From: an uncultured Chloroflexia bacterium
GTDB taxonomy: Bacteria > Chloroflexota > Limnocylindria > QHBO01
Direction of reading: 5' to 3'
Length of the DNA: 64,000 nucleotides
Assembly: GCA_963814375.1 (NCBI GenBank)
Contig: CAWFCQ010000005.1
Coordinates: 192,001-256,000 of the forward strand
The notes beneath the pieces were generated by a model that worked only from the letters and a program-made list of their open reading frames with translations, had not been told where the DNA came from and made no database searches. Positions 1-12,473 of the stretch are shown here, piece by piece. A program made the translations under genes and the position numbers. Every line of letters starts with the position of its first letter. Positions within the stretch are counted from its first letter, which is position 1.

Positions 1-689
1 CCGAGACGCAGGGGATGATCGGCTACCTCGTCGAGCAGGAGCTCGGCAACTTCCTGCCCGCTGAGGTTCCGCTTGCGACGATCCTGACGATGGTCGAAGT
101 CGATCCCGACGATCCGGCCTTCGGCAACCCAACGAAATTCGTCGGCCCGATCTACGAGAAGGCGGAGGCCGATGCTCTCGCCGCCGACAAGGGTTGGACC
201 GTCAAGGCTGATGGCGACCACTGGCGACGCGTCGTTCCCTCGCCGAAGCCGAAGCGGATCTTCGAGATCCGGCCGATGCGATGGCTCATCGAGCGTGGCG
301 TGGTCGTCATCTGCGCCGGCGGCGGCGGCATCCCCACGATGTACGCGCCGGGCGAGGAGCGGCGGCTGATCGGCGTGGAGGCCGTGATCGACAAGGATTT
401 CGCGACGAGCTTCCTGTCGCGCGAGCTGGACGCCGACCTGTTCATCATGGCGACCGACGTCGACGGCGTGTACGTCGACTGGGGCACGCCCGGCCAGCGG
501 CGCCTCGATCGCGTCACCTCCGAGGAGCTGCGAGCGATCTCGTTCCCCGCCGGCTCGATGGGGCCGAAGGTCGACGCCGCCACGGAGTTCGTGGATGCCA
601 CCGGGAAGCGCGCCGTGATCGGGTCGCTCGAGCAGCTCGACGCGATGGTGGAAGGAACCGCCGGCACGAACGTCGTGTCGGGCAAGTGA
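1..689 (+). CDS. arcC: Carbamate kinase (5' truncated by window edge)
   Basis: Frame is open from the window start (ETQGMIGY). Motifs [36 protein letters not shown]. Adjacent to arcA. Confidence 0.95.
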   Translation, partial: ETQGMIGYLVEQELGNFLPAEVPLATILTMVEVDPDDPAFGNPTKFVGPIYEKAEADALAADKGWTVKADGDHWRRVVPSPKPKRIFEIRPMRWLIERGVVVICAGGGGIPTMYAPGEERRLIGVEAVIDKDFATSFLSRELDADLFIMATDVDGVYVDWGTPGQRRLDRVTSEELRAISFPAGSMGPKVDAATEFVDATGKRAVIGSLEQLDAMVEGTAGTNVVSGK

Positions 690-705
690 AGGAGTTGATG
701 GAACG

Positions 706-1968
706 ATGAGTGGTTTCGGTGTCCACTCCGAGGTCGGAAAGCTGCGCCAGGTCATCGTGCACCGGCCCGATCTGAGCCTGAAGCGCCTCACCCCCGGCAC
801 CCACGACGAGCTTCTGTTCGACGACGTGCTGTGGGTGGACCGCGCGCAGTGGGAGCACGACCAGTTCGTGGCTCGCATGCGCGAGCGCGACGTGGAGGTC
901 TTCTACGTCCAGGACCTGCTGGGAGAGGCGCTGGCCGCGAGCGATGACGCTCGCAAACGGATCATCGAGCGCGTCGCGAACGAGTACACCGTCGGTATCG
1001 GCCTGGTCGACGACGTGAGCTCCATCCTGGCGGCGATGGCGCCCGACGTGCTGGCGCGCCACCTCATCGGCGGCCTCACCATCGAGGAGTCGGGCCTCGA
1101 CGTCGGTGCGGTCAAGGGCAGCTCGCTCATCGCCGCGGCCGTCGACGACTTCTCGACCTTCGTCCTGCCGCCGCTGCCGAACTCGCTGTTCACGCGCGAC
1201 TCGTCGTGCTGGATCTACGGCGGCGTCTCGATCAACCCGATGTACTGGCCGGCGCGACGGCGCGAGGCCTACAACATGGCCGTCATCTACCGCGCCCACC
1301 CGATGTTCGCCGATGCCGGCTTCGACTACTGGTACCCGCCGATGGGCGACGACGACCGCTTCAACACCGAGGACTTCGGGCTCGCCTCGCTCGAGGGCGG
1401 CGACGTCGAGATCATCGGCAACGGCGCCGTCGCAATCGGCCTCAGCGAGCGCACGCAGGCCCGCATGATCGAGCAGATCGCGCGTGCGCTGTTCGAGAAG
1501 GGCGCTGCCGACCGCGTCATCGCAGCCGTGATGACGAAGGATCGGGCCCACATGCACCTCGACACGGTCTTCACCATGCTCGACCGCGACAAGGCGACCG
1601 CCTATCCGAAGGTCGTCGAGGGGATCCGAGCGATCAGCCTCCGCCCGGGGTCGAAGCCCGGCACGGTCGACGTGCGGGAGGACAAGAACCTCGTCTCCGC
1701 CATCGAGGATGCGCTCGGCATCCCGAAGCTTCACGTCGTGGAGACCGGTGGCGACCAGTACCAGCAGGAGCGGGAGCAGTGGGACGACGGCAACAACGTC
1801 GTCGCGCTCGAGCCGGGGGTGGTGGTCGCCTACGAACGCAACACGTTCACGATCTCGAAGATGCGCGAGGCTGGCGTCGAGGTCGTCGAGATCGCCGGGT
1901 TCGAGCTCGGCAAGGGCCGCGGCGGCGGGCACTGCATGACCTGCCCGATCGCCCGCGATCCACTGTGA
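706..1968 (+). CDS. arcA: Arginine deiminase
   Basis: SEVGKLRQVIVHRP, LLFDD, FTRD, LEGGD, MHLDT and C-terminal GRGGGHCMTCP with the catalytic Cys. Confidence 0.97.
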   Translation: MSGFGVHSEVGKLRQVIVHRPDLSLKRLTPGTHDELLFDDVLWVDRAQWEHDQFVARMRERDVEVFYVQDLLGEALAASDDARKRIIERVANEYTVGIGLVDDVSSILAAMAPDVLARHLIGGLTIEESGLDVGAVKGSSLIAAAVDDFSTFVLPPLPNSLFTRDSSCWIYGGVSINPMYWPARRREAYNMAVIYRAHPMFADAGFDYWYPPMGDDDRFNTEDFGLASLEGGDVEIIGNGAVAIGLSERTQARMIEQIARALFEKGAADRVIAAVMTKDRAHMHLDTVFTMLDRDKATAYPKVVEGIRAISLRPGSKPGTVDVREDKNLVSAIEDALGIPKLHVVETGGDQYQQEREQWDDGNNVVALEPGVVVAYERNTFTISKMREAGVEVVEIAGFELGKGRGGGHCMTCPIARDPL

Positions 1969-1977
1969 GGTCCAGCC

Positions 1978-2166
1978 ATGAACGATGACGTTTCCGTGAC
2001 GGACGGCGACGCTTCGATGGGGCGGGTGATCGGGCTTCTCCAGGTGATCACCGGGCTGCTCATGGTGATTGCCATCGTGCTCCTCGTCATCCTGGCCCGC
2101 GGGCTGGAGGACCAGGAGCGGTCAGGGGCAACGCTCACGGTCGCTGCCTCCCAGGTCACCGCATGA
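1978..2166 (+). CDS. Small single-TM membrane protein
   Basis: 62 aa, GAGG RBS upstream, one hydrophobic helix, tightly packed in the arc operon. Confidence 0.55.
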   Translation: MNDDVSVTDGDASMGRVIGLLQVITGLLMVIAIVLLVILARGLEDQERSGATLTVAASQVTA

Positions 2167-2176
2167 CCGTCCGCCC

Positions 2177-3713
2177 GTGAACGACCAGGTCCCGCTGGGC
2201 GACGAGGACGCGTCCAGGATCCGCGAGCCATCGCTGCTCGACGCGATCATCCCGGTCGTCACCCTCGTCGGCCTGATCGGCCTCACGATCTGGCTGTTCG
2301 GGACCGATGCGACCGGCGGCCCGCTCCAGGTCGCGCTCCTCACGAGCACGATGGTCGCCGGCTTCGTCGCGCTCAAGAACGGCCACACCGTCGTCCGGGT
2401 CCGCGAGGCCGTGGTGGGCGGCATCTCCTCCGCCCTCTCCGCCGTCTTCATCCTCCTCGCGGTCGGCTCGCTCATCGGCGCGTGGAACATGTCGGGAACG
2501 ATCCCGACCGTCGTCTACTACGGCATCGGCCTCCTGAGCGCCACGTGGTTCTACGCCGCGACGGCAATCGTGTGCGGGCTGGTCGGGCTGGCCATCGGCA
2601 GCTCGTGGACCACCGCCGCCACCCTGGGCGTCGCATTCGTGGCGCTGGCGCCCATCCTCGGCGCGGACCCGATCATCGCGGCCGGCGCCGTGATCTCCGG
2701 CGCGTACTTCGGCGACAAGATGACGCCAATCTCGGAGACGACGGTCCTGGTGCCATCGATGGTGGGCGGCGTGACGACCCAGGAGCACATCGGCGCCATG
2801 GTGTGGACGTCGGTGCCGGCAATCGTGCTGTCCATCCTGGGCTTCGCCATCATCGGCCTGATGGCGCCGCCGCCGACCACGGCATTCGATCCGAGCGACG
2901 CGCAGGCGATCCTGGCCGGGGAGTTCGTGATCTCGCCGATCAACCTCGTGCCGATGGTGCTGCTGGTCATCCTGTCGATCCGCCGCACTCCCCCCTTCCT
3001 GGCCATCTTCGGCAGCGCGCTCTTCGCCGCCGTCCTGGGCGTCTTCACCCAGCCCGAGGCCGTGGCGGCGTTCGTCGGTGACGAGTCCGCCGGGACTGTC
3101 CAGACGGGATTGATCGCGATCTACTCGGCGCTGGCCACCGGGTTCGTGTCGAACAGTGGCAACGAGACGATCGACTCGCTGTTCTCGCGCGGCGGGATGG
3201 CGTCGATGCTCAACACGATCTGGCTGGTGCTCGGCGCGCTGTCCTTCGCCGCGGTGATGGAGCACGCCGGCTTCCTCGAACGCCTCATTCGCCCCGTCCT
3301 CGGCGGCTGCGCGCTCCACGGGCCGGCTCATCGCAGCCGTGATCGGCACAGCGATCGGGCTGAACGTGATCGCCGGCGACCAGTACGTGGCGATCGTCAT
3401 GCCCAGCCGCGTCTACCGTGCCGAGTTCGCGAAGCGCGGGATCGCGCCACGAATGCTGTCGAGGACGGTCGAGGATGCCGGCACGGTCACCTCGCCCCTG
3501 GTGCCGTGGAACAGCTGTGGCGCCTACATGGCCGGGGTCCTCGGCGTCGCGACCGTCGCCTACCTGCCCTTCGCGTTCTTCAACCTGCTGAGCCCGCTGA
3601 TCTCGCTCATCTACGGCTTCACCGGGTTCCACATCGAGCACGTGTCACCCCCCGACCAGGCATCGGCGCCGGTCGCTGACCCGTCGCCGCAACCCGCCGA
3701 AGGAGGCTCGTGA
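2177..3713 (+). CDS. nhaC: NhaC-family antiporter (probable Arg/Orn transport); apparent frameshift near 3300
   Basis: GSSWTT, ISGAYFGDKMTPIS and SRGGM in ORF 2069..3679; the C-terminus GDQYVAIVMP..SRTVEDAGT..PLVPWNSCG continues in ORF 3339..3713. Start codon uncertain. Confidence 0.85.
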
Positions 3714-5239
3714 TGACCGCCCAGTCCGCATCGGCCACCCCGCCCGAATCCCACGAAGGCGGCGACGAGAGCGGCGGCCGCGGGTTCGCCCTGCCATCGG
3801 CCTACACGATCCTCTTCGCGCTCATCGTCCTGATGGCAATCGCGACGTGGATCATTCCCGCGGGTCGATACGACCTCAATGAGAGCGGCGAACCGATTCC
3901 GGGGACCTACCAGCAGGTCGAGCAGAATCCGCAGCGGATCGTCACCGACTCGCTGCTGGCGCCGATCAACGGCCTCTACGGCATCGAGAGCGCCGAGGAC
4001 GGGAGCATCAGCTTCTACAACTCCGGCGAGCTGTTCGGTGCCATCGATGTCGCCCTCTTCATCCTCGTCATCGGCGGCTTCCTTGGGGTGACGATGAAGA
4101 CGGGGGCGATCCAGGGCGGGATCGCGCAGATCGTCTCGAGCCTGCGGGGCCGCGAGCGGCTCCTGATCCCGATCCTCATGATCGTCTTCGCGATCGGCGG
4201 CACGACCTTCGGCATGGCGGAAGAGAGCCTCGCCTTCTACGCCCTCGTCATCACGGTCATGATCGCCGCGGGCTATGACGCGCTGGTGGGCGCGGCGATC
4301 CTGCTTCTGGGTTGTGGGATCGGGGTGCTGGGCTCGACGATCAACCCGTTCGCGACGGGCATCGCCTCCGGCTTCGCCGGGGTGAGCATCGACCAGGGGC
4401 TCATCGGCCGGATCGTCATCCTCGTCATCGGCACCGCAATCGGGATCTGGTTCGTCATGCGCTACGCCGCGAAGGTGAAGGCCGATCCGAGCACCTCGAT
4501 GGTCGCGGACAAGAGGGCGGAGAACGAGGCACGCTTCCTCGCCGACACCAACGGGAGCGCGACGACGAGCCTAACCGGCCGGCAGCCCGCCGTCCTCATC
4601 CTCTTCTTCCTGGCCTTCGCAATCATGATCTACGGCGTCATTCCGTGGGAGGACCTCGGCATCGGCCTGCCGACGCTGTGGTGGTGGTTCCCCGAGATGA
4701 CCGCGTCCTTCCTGCTCTTCGCGATCCTGATCGGCATCGTCGGCCGAATGGGTGAAGGCGACATCACATCGACCTTCGTCGACGGCGCGCGCGACCTGCT
4801 GGGCGTCGCGCTGATCATCGGCATCGCGAGGGGCATCACGGTGATCATGAACAACGGCCTGATCACCGACACGGTCCTCAATGCGGCGGAGGTCGCTGTG
4901 GCGGATCTCGGCGGCGTCCTGTTCATCAACCTCATGTACCTCCTCTTCCTGCCGCTGTCGTTCCTGATCCCGTCTTCATCAGGCCTTGCCACGGTCGCAA
5001 TGCCGATCATGGCTCCGCTGGCGAGCTTCGCGGACGTTCCGGCCCAGCTCGTGGTCACCGCGTACCAATCGGCCAACGGCCTTCTCAACCTCATCACGCC
5101 CACGTCGGCGGTCGTCATGGGTGGCCTGGCCATCGCGCGGGTCGGCTACGGCACGTGGCTGCGGTTCGTGTGGCCCGTGCTGCTGCTGTTGGCCGTGCTG
5201 TCGGTGCTGGTACTCTCCGCCGGCGTGGCGTTCCAGTGA
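3710..5239 (+). CDS. YfcC/ArcD-type basic amino acid antiporter
   Basis: PSAYTILF, GGTTFGMAEE, STINPFATGIA, IPSSSGLA and ITPTS motifs; multi-TM; located in the arc cluster. Confidence 0.9.
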   Translation: MMTAQSASATPPESHEGGDESGGRGFALPSAYTILFALIVLMAIATWIIPAGRYDLNESGEPIPGTYQQVEQNPQRIVTDSLLAPINGLYGIESAEDGSISFYNSGELFGAIDVALFILVIGGFLGVTMKTGAIQGGIAQIVSSLRGRERLLIPILMIVFAIGGTTFGMAEESLAFYALVITVMIAAGYDALVGAAILLLGCGIGVLGSTINPFATGIASGFAGVSIDQGLIGRIVILVIGTAIGIWFVMRYAAKVKADPSTSMVADKRAENEARFLADTNGSATTSLTGRQPAVLILFFLAFAIMIYGVIPWEDLGIGLPTLWWWFPEMTASFLLFAILIGIVGRMGEGDITSTFVDGARDLLGVALIIGIARGITVIMNNGLITDTVLNAAEVAVADLGGVLFINLMYLLFLPLSFLIPSSSGLATVAMPIMAPLASFADVPAQLVVTAYQSANGLLNLITPTSAVVMGGLAIARVGYGTWLRFVWPVLLLLAVLSVLVLSAGVAFQ

Positions 5240-5274
5240 CCTCGATCACCCACCTGCATTCCGAGGAGTAGGCA

Positions 5275-8043
5275 ATGACGACCCAATCGACCGCGCCGCA
5301 AGGTGCGCCACAGACGGCGTGGCACACGCTGCCGGTGGCTGATGCGCTCAAGGCGCAGAACGTCGACGCGGCGGTCGGCCTCAGCAGCGCCGAGGTCGAG
5401 GCGCGTCGCGCGGAGTTCGGGCCCAACAAGTTCGCCGAGGCCAAAAAGGAGTCGGGCTGGAGCAAGTTCGTGCGCCAGTATCAGGACCCGATGCAGCTGG
5501 TCCTGCTGATCGCCGCGATCATCAGCCTCATCGTCATTCGCGATCGAGGAACGGCGCTCCTGCTCCTCGGGCTGACCCTGCTCAACGCGGTCATGTCCCT
5601 GAACCAGGAGGGCAAGGCCGAGTCGAGTGTGGCCGCGCTCCAGAAGATGATGATCGTGCAGACGCGCGTCCGGCGAGGCGGGTCGCTCGAGCAGATCCCG
5701 GCGGAGGGGCTGGTCCCGGGCGACATCGTGGCGGTTGAAGCGGGTGACCGGATCCCGGCCGACGGCCGGATCATCAAGGCCGCGACGCTGGAGATCGACG
5801 AGTCGGCCCTGACCGGCGAGAGCGCGCCGGTCCCGAAGGAGGTCGATCCGGTCGCGAGCCCGGATACGCCGCTTGGCGACCGCGTCGACATGGCCCACAT
5901 GAACACGAGTGCCACGCGCGGCTCGGGCGAGATTCTCGTCACCGCGACCGGCATGAACACCGAGGTCGGGCATATCTCCGGCATGCTGCAGGCGACCGAG
6001 GACGAGAAGACCCCGCTCACCCGTCAGCTGGACGCGCTGACGAACCAGATCATCATCATCGCCGGGCTGGCCCTTCTTGCCTCGATCGCGCTCGGCTACT
6101 TCATCTACGACCAGCCATTCGACGTGCTCTTCATCTCGGCCGTGGCCTTCTCCGTCGCCGCCGTGCCGACCGGCCTGCCGGCCGTGGTCACGACCCTGCT
6201 CTCGATCGGAACGAAGACGCTCGCGCAGGCCGGGGCCATCGTGAAGCGACTCCGCTCGGTCGAGACCCTCGGGTCCACGTCGGCGATCAACTCGGACAAG
6301 ACCGGGACCCTGACCCTCAACCAGATGACCGCGGTCGAGCTCACCATTCCCGGGCGCCGATTCACGATCAACGGCGAGGGATACGCCACGACCGGGCAGA
6401 TCACCACGGTGGACGGCGAGCCCACGGGCGACATCTCGGCCTATCTCCTGCCGATGGCGCTCTGCGCCGATGCCGAGGTGCGCGACGGGACGCTTGTTGG
6501 CGACCCGACCGAGGGCGCCCTGGTGGTCCTGGCCGCGAAGGGCGGGATCGATCCCCAGGAGACGCGAGATGCGCTCCCGCGCGTCGCTGTCCTGCCGTTC
6601 GACGCGGCATACAAGTTCATGGCCACCTTCCACCGCGTGAAGGACGACTCGGGCCGCGATGTTATCCGGGCGTTCGTGAAGGGGGCCCCCGACCAGCTCC
6701 TGTCGCGGGCCAAGGACGCCCTGGCGGCCGATGGACGTTTGGTCCCAGCCGCCGAGATGTCCGAGCGCTTCAACGCCGAGAACGAGCGGCTGGCGAAGAA
6801 CGGGCTGCGCGTCATGTGCGCCGCTCGCCGCGACTTCGATCCGGCGAGCTTTGACCCGAACGCCGACCTGTTGCCGCTCGTCTCCGACCTGACGCTGCTG
6901 GCACTGGCGGGCATCGTCGACCCACCGCGGCCGGAGGCCCGCACGGCGATCGCGGAGGCGCATGCCGCGGGCATCCAGGTCAGGATGATCACCGGCGACC
7001 ACGCGGTGACGGCCGCGGCCATCGCCGGTGACCTGGGCATCCGGGGGGAGGCAATAACCGGGGCGGAGTGGGGCGACTACAGCGATGACGAGGCGCTGCG
7101 TCGCATCGACGACATCGGCGTTATCGCCCGCGTCACCCCGGAGCACAAGGTCCGCCTCGTCGACATCCTGAAGCGCAAGGGCCGGATCGTTGCCATGACC
7201 GGCGACGGCGTGAACGACGCGCCGGCGCTCAAGCGGGCCGACATCGGCGTGGCGATGGGCATCACGGGGACCGAGGTCTCGAAGGAAGCCGCGGTCATGA
7301 TCCTTACTGACGACAACTTCGCGACCATCGTGAAGGCGGTCGAGAAGGGCCGCGCCCTCTACGACAACCTCGTGAAGTACATCCGCTACCAGATGGGCGT
7401 CCTCTTCGGGATGATCTGGGTGTTCCTGGGCTCGGGCCTCTTCAACGTCCTCGCCGGCCTGCCGTTCGTGCCCCAGCAGACGCTGTACGTGAACTTCACG
7501 ACGCAGGTCCTGCAGTCGATCGGGTTGGGGCTCGGCGAACCGACGGAAGGCCTCATGGAGCGCCCGCCGCGCAAGGCGGACGAGCAGGTGATGCCATTGC
7601 CGCTTGCCATCCGGTTGGCGATCTTCGGCGCCATCATGGCGGCGACCACGCTCGTAGTGATCCAGTGGGTGAGCGTCAACACCGGCGACGACGTGCTGGC
7701 GCGCACCATGGGGCTGACGACGTTCTCGTTCGGAAACCTCTTCTACGGGCTGGCATGCAACGATCGGAGGGCGTCGGTCTTCAGCCACGCGTTGCTGGCG
7801 AATGCGAAGCTCCTGCAGATGAGCGCGATATCGCTCGGCTTCATCATCATCGGCAACGAGCTCGACCTTCTGAACCGCCTCCTCAACACGACCTCGCTGA
7901 ACATCGAGCAGTGGGTCGTCTGCGCGGCCGCGGGATCAGTGATCCTGTGGGTAATGGAGGTCATCAAGTTCTTTGGCCGCCGCGGGCCTGCGGCGGAGAC
8001 GGTTGCGACGGAGGAGCCGGTGGCCGCCCCCGCGCAGGCCTAA
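5275..8043 (+). CDS. Cation-translocating P-type ATPase (type IIA, Ca2+-like)
   Basis: LTGES, DKTGTLT phosphorylation site, KGAP, MITGD, GDGVNDAPALK. Confidence 0.95.
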   Translation: MTTQSTAPQGAPQTAWHTLPVADALKAQNVDAAVGLSSAEVEARRAEFGPNKFAEAKKESGWSKFVRQYQDPMQLVLLIAAIISLIVIRDRGTALLLLGLTLLNAVMSLNQEGKAESSVAALQKMMIVQTRVRRGGSLEQIPAEGLVPGDIVAVEAGDRIPADGRIIKAATLEIDESALTGESAPVPKEVDPVASPDTPLGDRVDMAHMNTSATRGSGEILVTATGMNTEVGHISGMLQATEDEKTPLTRQLDALTNQIIIIAGLALLASIALGYFIYDQPFDVLFISAVAFSVAAVPTGLPAVVTTLLSIGTKTLAQAGAIVKRLRSVETLGSTSAINSDKTGTLTLNQMTAVELTIPGRRFTINGEGYATTGQITTVDGEPTGDISAYLLPMALCADAEVRDGTLVGDPTEGALVVLAAKGGIDPQETRDALPRVAVLPFDAAYKFMATFHRVKDDSGRDVIRAFVKGAPDQLLSRAKDALAADGRLVPAAEMSERFNAENERLAKNGLRVMCAARRDFDPASFDPNADLLPLVSDLTLLALAGIVDPPRPEARTAIAEAHAAGIQVRMITGDHAVTAAAIAGDLGIRGEAITGAEWGDYSDDEALRRIDDIGVIARVTPEHKVRLVDILKRKGRIVAMTGDGVNDAPALKRADIGVAMGITGTEVSKEAAVMILTDDNFATIVKAVEKGRALYDNLVKYIRYQMGVLFGMIWVFLGSGLFNVLAGLPFVPQQTLYVNFTTQVLQSIGLGLGEPTEGLMERPPRKADEQVMPLPLAIRLAIFGAIMAATTLVVIQWVSVNTGDDVLARTMGLTTFSFGNLFYGLACNDRRASVFSHALLANAKLLQMSAISLGFIIIGNELDLLNRLLNTTSLNIEQWVVCAAAGSVILWVMEVIKFFGRRGPAAETVATEEPVAAPAQA

Positions 8044-8053
8044 GAGACAGACA

Positions 8054-8084
8054 ACGAGGCCGGGCCACAGCCGCCCGGCCTCGT
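8054..8084. terminator. GC hairpin between the convergent ATPase and dnaK genes
   Basis: Perfect 12-bp inverted repeat ACGAGGCCGGGC/GCCCGGCCTCGT. Confidence 0.7.
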
Positions 8085-8116
8085 ATGAGGTTCAGACGGG
8101 CGAGCGCCCGGAGGTG

Positions 8117-10069
<1,953 letters not shown>

Positions 10070-10076
10070 GGGTTCG

Positions 10077-10658
10077 TCAGTGCTCCTTCGGGTTGTTCGC
10101 GACTCGGACGAGGCTCGGCCGGATCACCCGGTCGTGCAGGCGGTATCCGCGCTGCAGCTCGCCGATCACTTCGTTGTCGGGATGCTCGGCGGTGTCCTCG
10201 TGGACGACCGCCTCGTGCAGATTCGGGTCGAATGGTTGGCCGACCGCCTCGATCGGCGTCACGCCCTCCGCCTCGAGGACGCCGCGCAGCTTGCGCTCGA
10301 CGAGCTGGACGCCCTCGATCCAGGCGTCGCCGGCGTCGGCGGGCACGCTCTCGAGCGCCCGGTCGAAGTCATCGAGGACGGCCAGCAGCTTGCCGATGAG
10401 GACCGCGTTGCTGAACTGGCCGACGACGGCGCGCTCCTCGTCCGTCCGTCGCTTGAAGTTCGCGAAGTCGGCGGCGGAGCGCTGCCAGTTGTAGAGGTGC
10501 TCCTCGTTCTTGGCGGACACGTCGGCGAGCTCGCGTTCGAGCTGCTCGATGCGCTCGGCCAGCTCGATACGAGAGGGCGTCTTGATCGCGTCGACGCGTT
10601 CCTCTCCGCGGGTCTTGGTCTGCGGCTTCGTGCCGCCGTTGGTGGGTTGATCGGTCAT
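10077..10658 (-). CDS. grpE: Nucleotide exchange factor GrpE
   Basis: MTDQP start overlaps the hrcA stop. [34 protein letters not shown]. Confidence 0.95.
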   Translation of the reverse strand: MTDQPTNGGTKPQTKTRGEERVDAIKTPSRIELAERIEQLERELADVSAKNEEHLYNWQRSAADFANFKRRTDEERAVVGQFSNAVLIGKLLAVLDDFDRALESVPADAGDAWIEGVQLVERKLRGVLEAEGVTPIEAVGQPFDPNLHEAVVHEDTAEHPDNEVIGELQRGYRLHDRVIRPSLVRVANNPKEH

Positions 10659-11759
10659 TGGGTCTCGCCGTACTCGCGGTTGATCAGCTCGTTCATGAGC
10701 GTGGACAGGTATCGGACCGTCGGGATCGCCCGCGGGTAGCGCATGCGGGTCGGTCCCATGACGCCGAGCAGGCCGAGCGCTCGGTCCGGTGTTCCATACG
10801 GGGCAAAGATGAGGCTGACCTCGTGCATCGCGTCGTTCGTGTTCTCGCGGCCGATGATCACGTGCACCCCGCCACGCCGGGTCAGGACCGGGACGAGCTG
10901 CTGAAGGAAGTCCGACCGCTGGATCACCTCGAGGATCGGCCGCAGCTTGCTGCCCTCGGCGAACTCGGGCTGCTCGAGGACGTTGACGATGCCGTCGGTG
11001 AAGACCTCCTCGACGATGACCGAGTCGGCCTCCTCCAGGAGCCCGGTGACGACCTCGCCGATACGCGCCGGCAGCGGCGGCAGCTTCGACGCACGCCGCC
11101 GAACCTGCGGTGCGGTGAGGCCTGCCAGCTCGGCGTTCATCGTTGCCGCCGCGGCGTCGAGCGCGGCCTGGTCGATCGCCTCCTCGGGAAGCTGCCGCTC
11201 GAGCGCCGTGCGATCCAACCGTCGCTGGCTGACGTTGCCGTCGGCCAGGACGAGCACGAGCAGGCGCGTTCCATCGGCGAGGGCGGCGAGCTGGATGTGG
11301 CCGAACCGCGCCCGGCGGGACCGTGCCGGCGTCACCACCGACGCGGACCGCGTGCTGCCCGCCAGGATGCTGGCCGCGAGCCGCAACCACTCGTTGCTCG
11401 TCAGCTGCACCTGGCTGAACTGGTGGCGGATCATGAGCTGGTCGGTGGTGTCGAGCTCCGCCTCGCGCATGAGCGATTCGACATACAGGCGGTAGCCGAG
11501 GTCCGATGGCACCCGTCCGGCGCTGGTGTGGGGATGCGTCAGCAGGCCCAAGCGACTCCAGCTCGGCCATCGCGCTTCGCACGGTGGCCGGTGAAACGCC
11601 GAGGCCGTAGCGCGTGACGAGCGCCTTGGACCCGACGGGAACCGCGGTGAAGACGTAGTCCTCGACCACGGCGCGCAGCACCGAACGCTGCCGCTCGGTC
11701 AGCTCGAGCGCTGGCCGATGCGGACTGGTGCGCTCGCGCGCCGTCCGATCGTCCGCCAT
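10655..11759 (-). CDS. hrcA: Heat-inducible repressor HrcA; apparent frameshift near 11552
   Basis: [34 protein letters not shown] in one frame; [26 protein letters not shown] in the other. Confidence 0.93.
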
Positions 11760-11778
11760 TTCGCCTCCTGCATCGGGG

Positions 11779-11805
11779 TTAGCACTCTCACGCCGAGAGT
11801 GCTAA
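11779..11805. promoter_or_regulatory. CIRCE operator (HrcA binding site)
   Basis: Perfect TTAGCACTC-N9-GAGTGCTAA about 20 bp upstream of hrcA. Confidence 0.97.
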
Positions 11806-11850
11806 CGAGTGCTGGCGGGCATGGTACGCCTGCCGCGGACACGGTGTCAA

Positions 11851-11898
11851 CGCCGCTCGGCCGCGGGTCATCGCCGCTCCGCCGCGGGTCATCGCCGC
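11851..11898. repeat. 21-bp tandem repeat (~2.3 copies)
   Basis: CGCCGCTC(G/C)GCCGCGGGTCAT repeated; duplicates the stop region of the upstream ORF. Confidence 0.7.
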
Positions 11899-12473
11899 GC
11901 CTCCCTGGCGGCGAGAACCGCCCGGCCGCGCGGCGAGAGCCGGTACCCCGGACGCAGGCTCTCGGTCAGGCCGAGCTCCTTCAGCTTGCGCACATCGAGC
12001 TTGAACGGGTCCCGCTCACGGCCGAAGGCCTCCGCCAGGTCGGCGGCGCGAACGCCGGGCTGGTGCGCGATCGTCTCGAGCGTCGCAAACGTCCACGGTC
12101 CATGCCGGCTGGCCACGTCGAGCCGGTCGAGGCGCCGCAACAGCTCGTCGACCTCCGCAGCACCGGGCTCCGACTCGCGCAGCGCGATCCGCGGGTCGGG
12201 ACCGGCGAGGTGGAGGTCGACGCGGAAGATCGTTCCGCTCGGACGGCGGTCGACGAGCTCCAGCAGCTCATCCAGGCCGGCGAGCCCTGCCGACTGCGCG
12301 TCGGCATCGGTCAGGGAGTCTCGCGTGACCGGTTCGACCGCGTCGAAGGCGACCACGCCTGCCGGCGTTCGCTGCCTTCCGCCGGCACGCACCCGCGGTC
12401 GATCCCATTTTCGGTACGCACGGGTGACACTGCCCTCGGCGATCCCCTTCAACGTTGCGGGCCGGAACAGCAT
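11889..12473 (-). CDS. ASCH/PUA-like domain protein with C-terminal wHTH
   Basis: MLFRPATL start overlaps the hemW stop. AYRKWDRPRV, DAQSAG, FKLDVRKLKELGLTESL..GYRLSPRG. Confidence 0.7.
   Translation of the reverse strand: MLFRPATLKGIAEGSVTRAYRKWDRPRVRAGGRQRTPAGVVAFDAVEPVTRDSLTDADAQSAGLAGLDELLELVDRRPSGTIFRVDLHLAGPDPRIALRESEPGAAEVDELLRRLDRLDVASRHGPWTFATLETIAHQPGVRAADLAEAFGRERDPFKLDVRKLKELGLTESLRPGYRLSPRGRAVLAAREARR

Noticed and set aside
5146-7788. Long antisense ORFs (also 15419-17539, 29372-31252, 36623-38632, 48569-50986, 62111-63886)
   Set aside because: They fully overlap well-supported genes on the other strand and carry no motifs.
10077-11759. Apparent HrcA-GrpE fusion (560 aa)
   Set aside because: Produced by the hrcA frameshift; grpE has its own RBS and ATG at 10658.
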